A stretch of DNA of 56,957 bases, filler included, from Bipalium vagum (lineage: Eukaryota): NCBI GenBank assembly GCA_037834085.1. It is 3 parts of 3 records of this genome, joined end to end, with 100 filler letters (N's around TTAATTAATTAA, not from the genome) between each part and the next. Parts side by side here need not be neighbours in the genome. Positions count along the whole stretch, not along the records: positions 20,592 to 37,405 come from JBBMKC010092814.1; positions 37,506 to 56,957 come from JBBMKC010003010.1; 1 more part is not named here. One strand, written 5' to 3'. Of this stretch, positions 26,601 to 38,214 are shown piece after piece. How positions within the stretch are numbered: the stretch's first letter is position 1; each line of letters begins with the position of its first letter. Both the position numbers and the translations under genes were made by a program. Under the pieces are notes generated by a model. The model saw only the letters and a program-made list of their open reading frames with translations, had not been told where the DNA came from and did not search any database.

Positions 26601-29600
26601 CATGGCACAGGTTTGTCGATATAAATAATATTGAAATATATATAAATATCTGTGTTCTTATATTTATCCAATCCAATATTGACAAAATAAATTAAACATT
26701 TTTCCGAGCATATTTTAACATTTTTAAAAGAATAAAGTGACTGTTAATTGGGAGATTTTAATTAAGATAACAGAACTCGCTTGGATGACTTGGGTCCATA
26801 TTACCATATTTTAAGATATTATTTATTTTATTTTTGTCATTATGTTTATTTATTTAATATTAAATTTTTTATTTTATTATTATTGTTATTATTATTATAA
26901 TTATTATTATTATTAATTATCATTATTATTATTAAGTTTATTTAAATTATGTAAATATATGTTTATCATTTCTTAAAGGACAAATCACTTAAGAAAATAA
27001 TTTCTAAAATTTGTTACAGGATTTTATAATAACAATCTTTTTATATTATATTATATTATATTATATAGTTTAATAAAAATAGTTTAAAAAATTAGGAAAA
27101 AAAGAAAAAACTGAATTTACTAAAAATTAATTTTAAAATATATTTTTCCCAATTTAATCAATAGGATTCTCCACCAAAAAACATTGATAAAAATAATCAT
27201 TAATTTAGATAAAGATCACCTTTGATTTTCATATTTTTCTTCATTTATTTCATTACGTTAATGTTATTGTTAAATTTTATCGAAACGTTCAACCCACTAT
27301 TTTCTTATAAAGTCTACAATATTGAAGAACAAATGAAGAGTTTTAATTGGCTCTAATTAACAATATTTAAGTATCAATTTATTGTTATAATTTTCATTAT
27401 TATTATTTAAAATAAAATTTTAAAATATGATAAACAAATAAAAGTAACTTCTAAAATTAATGTAATAATTAATAAAACCTAACTGACCTCCAATTTCATA
27501 AAATGTTTAAAAACCTAAAATATAATAATGATAATAAATGATTATTAGGGTGTCCCAAAAGGTCGTGGTCACTACAATATGAAATCAGAACAAGTATTTA
27601 TTATGACATTTATAACATATGTCAGTCTTCAAAATATAATCCGTTATGTTTAATTGCCTTTAACCATCTCCCGGTTAATTCTTTTATACCATTCATGCGA
27701 GCAGTACATTTTTATCAACGTTCACATTATTTTGTAATATTAAGAAAAAAAATTATATCAATATATTTTATTTCTAGCACATATTACTTGTTATCGTGTC
27801 TTTTCAAAATAACAGTAAATAAGTTTAATTAATTAGGCTATTTAAACAATTTACCTTTAAATATTACAATTTCAAAAAGTGACCACGAACTTTTGGGACA
27901 CCGTATTATTAATGATAAATAATTATTATAAATCATATTCATATCTTTTAATAATTATAAATATATATTAATTAATAATTAATATTTTAATATATATTTA
28001 AGCTAATAATTATATATATATATATATTAATAAAATATTATTTTTACATAATATATTAACATTTCATTATTAACTAAAATAAAATTTGAATGTCCACCGA
28101 CTTTCGCTATTTTAAATAAACGTTAAAAATTCATTTAATTTATTTTTTATGAAAATTCTTAATGACTCTGAAAAGGAAAATAGAAATTTGACAAAAATAT
28201 AGACAATATTGTCTCCCAGGGAAAATCGAGTCGGTCTCATTGTCAAAAATATCATGGCCGCTGTTGCTTTCACAATCATTCCGAAATTCAGATTTCAATA
28301 ATCCGGGCGGCAGTGATCCCAGTCTTCATTATGCGGCGTGAGTCCGAATTTTCTCTTCAATATTTCACATATTAAAATATCATCACGGTGCTTTGGGCTC
28401 ATCTGAGGGCTTCAATAAGCCCATTATTATCATTATTATTTATTTATTTTTATTTGTATTTACTATTATTAATTATTATTATTTTATTACTATTAGTTTT
28501 TTATTTTATTATCATTATTTTATTTATTTATTATTATTAATTATTAGTATTATTTTTTTATTATTATTTTTTATAAGTATTATTTCTTTTATTATCACCA
28601 CTATTATTATTATTATTATTATTATTATTAGAATGTTAATATTATTATTACTATTAGCATATTAATATTATTATCATACTTGTATTATTATTTTGACGAT
28701 AATAATTTATTTTATTATTAATATTAAATTAAAAATATATATTCAAAAAAATGAAGTGAATATAATAACTGAAAAAAATAATTTATCATTTAGTGAAATT
28801 TAATTATCGATTTTTATTATTAAAACAAGGCAGTGCATAATTCTCATAATTATTACTTTTACTGAGACTAGAAGCAATAAAATTTTATGAGACTCAATTA
28901 AGAAAATAATTAAATTTTAATTGATTAAAACTGTCCCAATGACATCACTGATGAAAGAACCTTTGATCAAAAGAAATTATCTTCAACATATCACAGACAT
29001 TTACGATTATCTGAAAATTTTTCCCATTCGAAGACGACGAATCTCTGCCTCACTTCATTTACAAAAAGGTGGCCCTTCGAAATCGGAGAGTTCCAAGGAT
29101 TGAAGGTTTTCAACATGAGGTTTATTGAGACACTTTCAAAAATAGGTTCAGAAATCTCACTTTAGAATTTTATTTAGGTTTTTCTTTTATTTTTTTTATA
29201 ATTATTATTATTTTAATTATTATTTCTAAATACATTTACTAGACGAATAAGATCACAGTAATCAAATAGATAAGCCGTGCCAAAAGCCAAGGATCCGGTG
29301 AATATTTCCCAAAATTAATTATTATTGATAATTTTTTACTGGTCCCTCAATGCTTTTAATGTATTCTTTAGACCTGACCTGAAATGTTCGGAACAGCGCT
29401 AATAATATACCACAGTGATATCGATAACGTCTATGAAAAGAAAGGTTTGGAAAAATTTCCCTTTTAACATTTTGTGAAATATGGGGAGAGTCTTTAACAA
29501 TATTCAAAGGACATTCATATTCCAGAACGTGTTCTCAACAATGATTATATCTCCAAATTTGCACGACCTTATTTTCTATTATGCTACTTTACCACTGGTG

Positions 29601-32600
29601 CGAAGATGACGCAAATCTCGTGAGACTTCATAGGAATATGAAACAATTTCGAGATCCGGTTTTCAAAACTTTTCGTGGTAACTTAATTTTTCAAAATGAT
29701 CACCACAAATTCAAAAACGGAAATTCATTTCAAAATTAAAACAAAGTTTAAATATCACTGAATTCATAATTTAAAATAAGTTTTATCTAGGGTGTAACAT
29801 AAAATTCCATCGTTTTTCAATTCAAAAGATAAATTTGAAAATTGTATAGATAGTTGTATTTTTAATTGTGCTTTAATGTATTATAAATCGATAATCTTTT
29901 CTTTATGATTCACAATTTACCAATAAAAGTTATTTGTGAATAGCTTGTTTAACTACTTCAAATATGGATGACAAATTGCAAATAAAACTGAGGATGCTTC
30001 ATTAATTTCAATTGGGCCACGCAGCTGTTGAGACAACAAGAAATATCAATTATGCTGTTAAAAATGAATTCTGTAAAGAAAGCACTGTCAAAGAACAGTT
30101 TCGAAAATTCAAGAAAGGAGATATCAGTCTTGAACGTATAGTGGAATGGATTGTAAAACTGTGATACGTTCTACTAAAAGCAATTTTTCAAAAACCAGAC
30201 GCAAATTATCGGTTGAACTATGACCTTCGCACAGCACAATTATGTGCAACCTTCACAAATATCAGTTTATGTACAGACGCGGTCAAGATATTCCTCGTGA
30301 CTTAGCTCTAAAATGATGGAAAACAGAATCAGAATTTGCAGAACTTTGCTATCTTGCCACAATGAGAATTATTTTTTGACCGACTTATTACCTGTGACGA
30401 ATCATGTGTTCAGTACGACAACCGATGGAAACAGAATCAATGGCTATGTCAAAAACAGACGCATCCAAAACGAAAAATTTTATGTGTTTGGTAGAGCGTC
30501 TACAGCATTGCTCATTGGGAGCTGGTTCTGCTTCACAGTAAAATTACTGATCATAAATTTAGTGATCAGCTTCAAAGTGTACAAATCGACTGCGCCGTCC
30601 ACCTTTCACCACAATATCAAGAAAAAGACTGGTATTTCAACAGGATGGTGCTAGATTCCACTCGGCACAAATCGCTCGCAGCAAAATCCAAGACCTTGGT
30701 TAAGAACTTCTTCATCCATCATACAGTCCTGATCTTACTCCATCCGATTATTATTTATTATTGTCTCTCAAATGGTTCCTATGTGGAAAGATGTTTTCTG
30801 AACGTTCTCAACTCAAGGCCAACTGTCAGCAGCTTTTCAACTCTAAATCAGTCAGTTGGCATCCAGGGGCCATAGAAAGGCTTCCTGTGTTGTGGCAACA
30901 GTGTATTTCAGAAATTTTGTCTTATTTTCCTGTAAATTATAATGTTAATAAAGAAAAAAGTTTTGAATTTTAAAGACGATGTATTTAATTTTATACCCTA
31001 AATAAATTGTGTATCATTTCTCTCATAATTGAAAATTAAAATCAATCATTTTATGTACTATCTGAAATTTGACAGCTACGAATTAAGAAAGTAAAACGTT
31101 CTTCGGATTACGTTTACGTGAAAAATCCCTTTCGTTTAATAATTGGTTATGGTTTCATTAATAAGTTGGTGAGAATGTTTTCGCCGGTTTATTTTCATAA
31201 TTTAAAAAATAAGATGAAAGTTCTTTTTTTAAGTTTTGTAATAAAGTAATTTCCATCATTATTAATGATCTTCTGCGTCTTTGTGGTACACACTCAATGC
31301 CCTCTGAAGAACGTCTAATTTTATGGTTCAAAGAAATCTTCTAATACCTTTTTGGTAGCACTCTTATCTTTGAATCCCCGTCGTTTCAGGAATGGTTGTA
31401 TCGATCTAAATATATAAAAAAACTGAGAGTGCAATGTCAGGACTGCATAATGGATGTGGAAGGAATCTCAGCCGAACTACGTGATCTTCTCATGAGTGAT
31501 TTTGGTCAAATGCAGTCTGATATATTTTCTATGGAGTATGTCAACTTTTTTATTTAGTAGTGCCAGCTGTTTCTTAATGCTTATCTCAAATGATCTATTT
31601 GCTGTCAATATATTTTTGGCACTTATTTAGCAATTCCTTAAATATTTCTCTAATATATCTACCAGAAATAACATCACTTTCTTCGATTTTAAGCCTGAGT
31701 TAAGTGTAGTTAGCGGAACTTGGTCATTACTTATCCATTTATTTCTATTATTCGGATTCAAATGAGGAATCCGTTTCTCATCTCCAGTCAAAATACTATA
31801 AAAAAAATTAACAATTTCTGTCTGACAAATAATGACGACCAGATAGTAATTCTATGCAAAATGTTATATTGACAATGTTTATGCGGAACCCAAACGGTAT
31901 GTAAAACAAAATTGCTGTGTGATGTTTTCCAGGAATCCGCTCCAATTCATGAGAAGGTCATTTTCGGTTCATAGTAGATTAATTGTCTCAAAGTATTGTT
32001 GTTTAGTTATTGAGATAGACCCGACTTTGTTAGATCCTCAAGATCGAAATTATTTCCTCTGGAATGAAAAAACCATTTGCGAACTGTCCCTTCAGATCGC
32101 GAATTTAGATATACTGTACCAACATTTCGTTTGGTCTCGGTGGCATTTCGGGTCCACGACGAGGATCACGTTAAGATGTTCTCTTAAAATTCATCTGTTA
32201 CTTGAAATAATTATTTAATGATTTGAAAACAACGACCATACATTGATTTATTGACTAATTTTTTAAAATCATTTAGACTTCAATTAATGATACAATAACT
32301 AAGTGGATTTATAAATGAATAGAGTTGACGGAAACATTATCAATAATTTTTAATAACCTTAAATTTTTATAATAATAATTTTTTTTAATTTTAAATGTTT
32401 AATAAAAATTAAACCAAAATTATTTTTTTAGCTAAAGAAAAATTATCAAAATAAATTACATTCGAAATCAATTAAAACACGCGTTGAGAAATATTAAGAA
32501 TAACTTAAAATATCATTAAAATTAAATACGGTAATTAATTAAATTTTAAAGTATATTAAAAAATAATTTTATTTTTAATCAAATCAGATTTGAGTAAAAA

Positions 32601-35485
32601 TTCGTTCTCTTTAATTTTTCAATTTAACGTTTTTTTATTTTACCAAATTTTAAAAAATTGAAGAAACTTGATGCTTCCGTTCAATACGCTTTAGACTCTT
32701 TCGTCTGTCAGCATAGACAAACTCATTTCCTCTCAATAATTGTACCCATCATTTTTATCAGTTAAGTCTTTCTTTACAAGTGAACTTGTCTTTTTATTTC
32801 CTGCCACTGAAATTGGCAACCAGACCGTGCAGGTGATCTTTCTGAAAATTGTCTATTTTCGATTTCTTTCGCTAAATTCTCTTTCTGGCCTCTCAGTATC
32901 CTCAATAACGTCGAATTCTTTTTCATCTTTGCCTCAGATCAATTAGTGTATCAGGCAACATTAATGGTCTATGCTTCTGTCCTAACGGGGCTAAATCGTC
33001 CAATATTCCCAAGTAGGTCCTTTACAATCCACATTTACTTTATATTTTCATTCGAGATCTTCCAAGGTTTCCCAAAATCAAGCTTTAATCGAATTCAGAA
33101 TATGGTGAAAGATGAGTTACGGTCATGAAAAACGGGAATTTATTTCATGTGCATTGAGATTAATTTTGTGTTTATAGAGGAAGACTTAGAATAAATCTTA
33201 GTAAATCAATATTGTCCAAGGGTTTTCGTTTACTCGCCAAAAATGGAAATCAATAAATTTTTGTCAGTCACTCATGGATAAATATCATATCGTTTATTTA
33301 GGAATAATCAAATACACAAAAAGTTACATCATCTTTGCTGGTGTCAAATGAAGCAACATCCAGTAAACATGTATGTCAGTGAGATCGTAACATAATGAAG
33401 TGTGTCTTTCGAAGTAATCAATCCAATTATGGACTGCGAATGTCACATTTTTTCATAGTTCTCTCTTGTTACCAACCATTGTAGATAATGTTTACTGACA
33501 AGTATTTCCAAAGAGGCCACGCGGATAGCTGCTGATTCCGATAGTTCTTGATATATAATCGGTCTAGATTTATTGAATATTTTTAAATTATTTTTGGGCA
33601 ATGTTTTGATTTTTCTGGGATTAATTATAGATTTACACAACAGAACATTGTCTCGCAAATTTTAAATATATGGCACACTAAATGAAGCCAATTTTTCGCG
33701 ACACACAATTAACTTAATTATAAAATGAACCAAAACAATAATTTGACAGAACCTTTTTCAGATGTTTTGAAGTTAGCAGCTGCTGGCACCACACAAATTT
33801 TGTACCAATGATGAAACTGGCCCATTGTTATGTAGTTAAGGTTCCAATAGAGCTAATATTTCCATTCTAAGGCCACAGATGAACGTTTTCCAGTGCAAAT
33901 TAATTCCTAAGCGTGACTCGAGATTCGGTAACCAAACAGCATTTCAACGTTCACCATCTGCAGTCGTTCTTTGTTATTTAACTGTTGTCAGCCCAAAATC
34001 CAATTTCGCAAAGATGATATGATCCGAAAGATAAAAAGGCCTGACAAAGCTTTATTGCTCAAGTTAAAATACAAAATGTGGATAGCTCTTTTTTGGCAAG
34101 CGGAACTTCGTGAATCAATCATTTTTTAATTTCCTCTTCGACCATAATCAGATATACACCTTCATAGCTTACGAATAATAATCCACTCGTGTTCTTTTGT
34201 TTCAACTGAAAAAAGGTATTTGGTAAATGATTCTGACAAATTTTCGTAAAAGATGACAAAGCCTGACGAGTTCATTGACTTCATGGCTGATCATGTGATC
34301 TAAGGCAATCGACAATCCTGGTAAAATAATGAGTTCAGCTTCTGTCAGTGATTTCTTCTTTTGTACTAAAACTCCCTCATTGTTATAACTTGCGATTTGA
34401 GGTCTTCCACCCATTGAACAAAACAGTTTCATTTTTTTAGCTTTGTACATTTGAGTGAAGCTGCTTAAAGAATTCTCCTAGCTTCTGTTTTGTTCTTGGT
34501 TGTTTTCGTCAAATGTCGCTCGACCTTACTTGACACAATTACATCATTTGAAATCTTTGTTGAACAAATTAAATACTAGAGACTCGAGTTTTATCTTTTA
34601 AAGTTAGATGTCAATGTAATTTAATAACTAACGAATCATTTATCAGTCAATTAAACATATGCATCAAGGTGCAAAGTCTGTATACACCACAACACATTAC
34701 GAAAAATATTTATTGATTTTTAGTGACCAATTAAAGCCAGCTCTAAGAACGACTAAGGTAATTTTATACTAAAAATAGTGAATTCTGGGATTATTCGTGG
34801 TCCACTGCTTGCCACAGATATTACAGGAGAACATTAATATAATATTGCAAAAAATTAAAACAGGAAATGTATATTTGCATTTAATACGTTCCCTGAATTC
34901 ATAAATATTACTCGAATAAATATGTACAGTCAGTACATTTTGAATATCATTATGATTATTATTTTTGTTTTATATTATGCTCACAAGATGAACAATCAAT
35001 AATGTACTCATCAACCTGAAAAACCATTTCTACGTCAATAAGAATAATAATAGGAAAAGAAAGGGGGATGAGAAAATCGACACGTTTATTTCTGAATTTA
35101 ATTTATATTCATTTAGAAATTAATTAACTTTCACAGTTACAGAATAATAAATTACCTGGAGAGCATTGAAAAGAATTTGATGCTCATATTTCTTCACTGA
35201 TAGAACAGACTGAAACATTTCATACAGCTGTTCCTTGTTCATGACGACTTCCGGTTGAGGAACTTGCAATTTCTGCAGAGCAGTGGACGGACCAACACCA
35301 CCTCGACAAATTTGGTCAAACTTTACCATCCATGCACTCACCACGTTGTCTTTGTTTAAGCCTTCGATTTCCGGTAAGCACCGGACACGGCGCTCGATAT
35401 TGGTACGGAAAACTTCTCGAAAGTCATGCATTGAACATCCACCACTTTTAACCATGCTAGCCACCCTGTCACTTCGAAGGAAAAC
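20697..35485 (-). CDS. CADPS: Calcium-dependent secretion activator CAPS/UNC-31, partial (4 internal exons, N-terminal region into the C2 domain)
   Basis: GT-AG exons in frame: 35156-35485 ([18 protein letters not shown]...[11 protein letters not shown]...KEQLYEMFQ...[10 protein letters not shown]), 25775-25855 ([17 protein letters not shown]), 25476-25718 ([17 protein letters not shown]...LNFNLE) and 20697-20818 ([24 protein letters not shown]). These match CAPS1 as I recall it ([59 protein letters not shown]). I found neither the upstream nor the downstream exons in the window. Confidence 0.95.
21045..29103 (+). CDS. Candidate nested antisense gene encoding a small prohormone-like protein (5' end uncertain)
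   Basis: GC-richer islands with AG/GT borders and chained phases: 21045-21102, 22749-22828, 26237-26276, 26308-26361, 28220-28337 and 28974-29103 (TGA). Joined: [159 protein letters not shown]. Ab initio prediction only; no homolog recognised. Confidence 0.45.
21420..21755 (+). mobile_element. 5' part of a Tc1/mariner (rosa/DD41D-like) element
   Basis: TIR-like start ta|ctgggggacccatt. Frame reads [58 protein letters not shown], an N-terminal HTH with F.ETGSV...R.GRP. Truncated. Confidence 0.75.
22195..22375 (+). mobile_element. Tc1-like transposase N-terminal fragment
   Basis: [43 protein letters not shown]...NRVG with a frameshift; paired-like HTH pattern. Confidence 0.55.
24048..24332 (+). 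mobile_element. hAT (Buster/Charlie/SCAND3-like) transposase C-terminal dimerisation-domain relic
   Basis: [50 protein letters not shown] matches the hAT pattern LL.FP++YL.E.GFS....K.R.+L....DLR.+L++.+P.I. Confidence 0.8.
24361..25060 (-). mobile_element. Degenerate mariner transposase (cecropia-subfamily-like)
   Basis: [46 protein letters not shown], followed by relics of [19 protein letters not shown] and ETIDHPSY motifs. Many stops. Confidence 0.85.
26070..26193. repeat. Small inverted-repeat element with degenerate TTAGGG-like repeats
   Basis: Ends ggcagtgaattatcgaac and gttgcgctattaattcactttacc flank gggtttgggattaaggttaggagttagggttagtggttag. Confidence 0.5.
27548..27903 (-). mobile_element. 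Internally deleted mariner (356 bp, MITE-like)
   Basis: 26-bp TIRs gggtgtcccaaaaggtcgtggtcact / agtgaccacgaacttttgggacaccg with TA target duplication. Retains the transposase C-terminus [23 protein letters not shown] on the minus strand. Confidence 0.88.
28422..28720. repeat. Degenerate (ATT)n low-complexity tract
   Basis: Imperfect ATT repeats, which explain the spurious Ile/Leu/Tyr-rich ORF at 28393-28665. Confidence 0.85.
29790..30998 (+). mobile_element. Full-length degenerate mariner (DD34D) element
   Basis: TIRs ta|gggtgtaacataaaattccatcgttt and gacgatgtatttaattttataccc|ta; 1209 bp. Relic ORF from ~29964 ([28 protein letters not shown]) with [18 protein letters not shown] and [14 protein letters not shown]. 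Confidence 0.92.
31150..32358 (-). mobile_element. Near full-length degenerate mariner element
   Basis: Minus-strand motifs [18 protein letters not shown] and [13 protein letters not shown]. Decayed TIRs at both ends, so boundaries are approximate. Confidence 0.85.
32650..34560 (-). mobile_element. Highly decayed TE-like coding relic, possibly tyrosine-recombinase (Crypton-like)
   Basis: A GC-richer ~2 kb block with broken minus-strand frames (VERHLTK...EARRIL, NNEGVL...[35 protein letters not shown]). Family assignment is tentative. Confidence 0.3.
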
Positions 35486-35949
35486 CTACCATTAACAATC
35501 ACGTTATGGATTATCGAATTTTGTTTATATTTTTCAGAAAAATGGTAATTATTTTAAAACTAAAATTTGAAAGAACGGACTTTAGGTTCCAATTGAATAT
35601 AAAAATAATTTATCAAAATGTAACGAAACGGAAGGGTCATTAATGTTTGATGCGTCTCAATAAATACCAGTGTTGTAGTGAATATAAAGTTAATCAATTA
35701 TTAATGAGTGCAAAATAATTATATATTAAACATTATTAATTTTAAAATGTAATAATTATAACTTAATTATTAATATTATAATCATTTATAATTTATTTAC
35801 GTGTAAATAATGAATTTGGGACTTTTATTTACTTTATATCGTGTACAAGTCAAAAAGGACGATTTATAGGGTTACGCAGAAATATATAGGAAAAATATAT
35901 AATTCATAACAAATCACGAGTGGAAATGTACATACAAAGCAATAAAATA

Positions 35950-36290
35950 TTACGAGGCGAAAGTCTTGTCTCGCCAAGGCTTTATGTTGCGAAAATAACC
36001 ACCTAAATCGATATCGTCATGCATGAGTACTTGGGTAATCAATTCTTTTAAATAGTCCCGATCTATAATGGTTCTCATAAAGGATGGTATTTGCGACTCA
36101 AAGCTGCTGAAAAACTCCTCGACCGGGTTTAATTGAGGCGAGTATGGTGGCAAAAATTTCTGGTTGGTGTAAGTTGATTCTTGTTTCATCTAAGTAAATC
36201 AGCTTACAGTTTTCAAAGTACTCAATTTTTTTATTATTATTTCCCTCTTTGGGAACTATGACTAATCGCTTTATGGTATAATTCATGTCA
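35950..36290 (-). mobile_element. IS630/Tc1-type transposase relic with internal deletion
   Basis: YTIKRLVIVPKEGN and LIYLDETRINL (first catalytic D) are joined almost directly to KFLPPYSPQLNPVEEFFS (catalytic E). The second-D region is missing. Confidence 0.82.
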
Positions 36291-37177
36291 TGTAAAATTC
36301 TTCAGACAGTACTTTGGCTGACTAAAACGCGATCAAATTCAAATAGAAACAATCGATTATTTTTCTATATATTTCTACATAAACCTGTATTAAACGATAT
36401 TTCCACTTATTAAAGTAAATATATTTTTGTATATTTATATTTGTTTATATAATAGTTTTCGCGCGCTTTAAATAAAAAAAATATAAAAGACGTTTACTTA
36501 AGTAAAGATGGTATATTGAAAGTTAAACAACCGGAGTGATCTAAAAAATATGGAAAGTCATTTTTAACACTCAGCCTCACGTTTAAAAACCGATAAAGGA
36601 AACGTCTGATGCACTTGGTTGGGATGTCTCACTTAATTCGCGGTATTCCCCAGACACTGATTCCAGTGATTTCACTTGCCAAGAAATAGCTCTGTTAAGA
36701 GGTTCTCCTTAGAGTGGCGTACCAATTTTGTTTTTGAATATTTTATTTATATATTTTCGATATTTGACAAAGCTGAAGAGAGACTCCGCTCTAAATATGT
36801 TGAGGCCTTTTCATCTGTTATGCGAATATGCTATCATTTAGTGCACTGTTCATTTGCTCAATATTCTCATTTTATCAGATCAAGAACAGAAGACAGAATC
36901 GTTTCACGAGAAATAATTAATTCTGAAGAAGTCTTTGAGACCCAGAGCAGTGCATTGAGGCAGAAGGAATTAATGTCTGGCTTCAGAGGAACTTAGTCTT
37001 TGACAGTCGTTCTCATGCCATTTCATAGTGGGTTATACAAAATGTTAATATTAAAAATTAATGATGATTTTTTTAATATTTTCTTTTAATTTTTCCTTCA
37101 ATTTAATTTGGAATTATGATAACGGGCTGGGAATTGTAATTTGTAATTCTTTTTTGTCCAATAATAATATAACACGG

Positions 37178-37309
37178 NNNNNNNNNNNNNNNNNNNNNNN
37201 NNNNNNNNNNNNNNNNNNNNNNNNNNNNNNNNNNNNNNNNNNNNNNNNNNNNNNNNNNNNNNNNNNNNNNNNNNNNNNNNNNNNNNNNNNNNNNNNNNNN
37301 NNNNNNNNN
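37178..37309. other. Scaffold gap (132 N)
   Basis: Plain N run without the linker. Confidence 0.97.
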
Positions 37310-37331
37310 ATTTCTGTTATTATTAATTTTA

Positions 37332-37372
37332 CAGGGTGCGCATAAAGTCCTTGGACTATTTTTGAATAGATA
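37332..37372 (+). mobile_element. Isolated Tc1/mariner-type TIR
   Basis: ta|cagggtgcgcataaagtccttggac, a typical CAGGGTG terminus, cut off near the contig end. Confidence 0.5.
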
Positions 37373-37405
37373 TAATAATAGTAAAATGTTATTGAAAATT
37401 ACTAA

Positions 37406-37505
37406 NNNNNNNNNNNNNNNNNNNNNNNNNNNNNNNNNNNNNNNNNNNNTTAATTAATTAANNNNNNNNNNNNNNNNNNNNNNNNNNNNNNNNNNNNNNN
37501 NNNNN
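37406..37505. other. Artificial contig-joining spacer
   Basis: 44 N + TTAATTAATTAA + 44 N. Confidence 0.93.
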
Positions 37506-38214
37506 ATAATAATAATAATAATAATAATAATTTTCTATTCGACTCATATTTTTATTTCTTGTCGGCATTTGATTATTTTTGCACGTTTCTTAGATGCATT
37601 CAGTTTTCTTTCTGTTATATCTAACAAGCGAGAGCATCGCTGCCATTCTATGCTGTCCAATTAATAATAAACTTTTGATGCCATCCCTGTGAAAAATAAT
37701 TTTCGAAAATCTGAGAAAAAGTTTGGTTGGTTTAATATCTGTATAAAAGAAGACCAAATTTATAAGGATTATATCACAAAAAGAAAAGTGATTATAACAC
37801 AATATTAAGCAAATTTCCAATTTTTTAATATCACTAATGCATGATGATCTAGAGTCTAGACAGATGCCACAAATTTGGTAAAATAAACAGCTGCATTATC
37901 AAAAATGAAGCCCTGTAATACAGCATTTATTTAAAATGAATTATTAAGAAAATGGAGTCGCTCTACTTGAGAAAATCACGAGCGTAAACTCAATTTTTGG
38001 CAAGTTCAGGTATCCTCGTGGTCATGGGTGTAGTGTGGTGGGCTGATTAGTAAACCTCGGTCTAAGAATGAAACTAATCTTTCTATTCCTATTACCTTGT
38101 CTTACTTAAATATTAGATACCTTGGATCCAAACAAAGTAGAGATAAAAGGACAACTTTAATAAATAATAACGACTTTACCAGGTCGAATTTCTAACTCTT
38201 AATATTATAAACGG

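Noticed and set aside
28974-29119. Alternative frame with an LRR-like stretch [16 protein letters not shown]
   Set aside because: A single repeat with no compatible downstream exon; the other frame fits the upstream exon chain. Not fully excluded.
36676-36996. 106-aa plus-strand ORF as a CAPS upstream exon or host gene
   Set aside because: Wrong strand for CAPS and no recognisable motif; probably repeat-derived, left unassigned.
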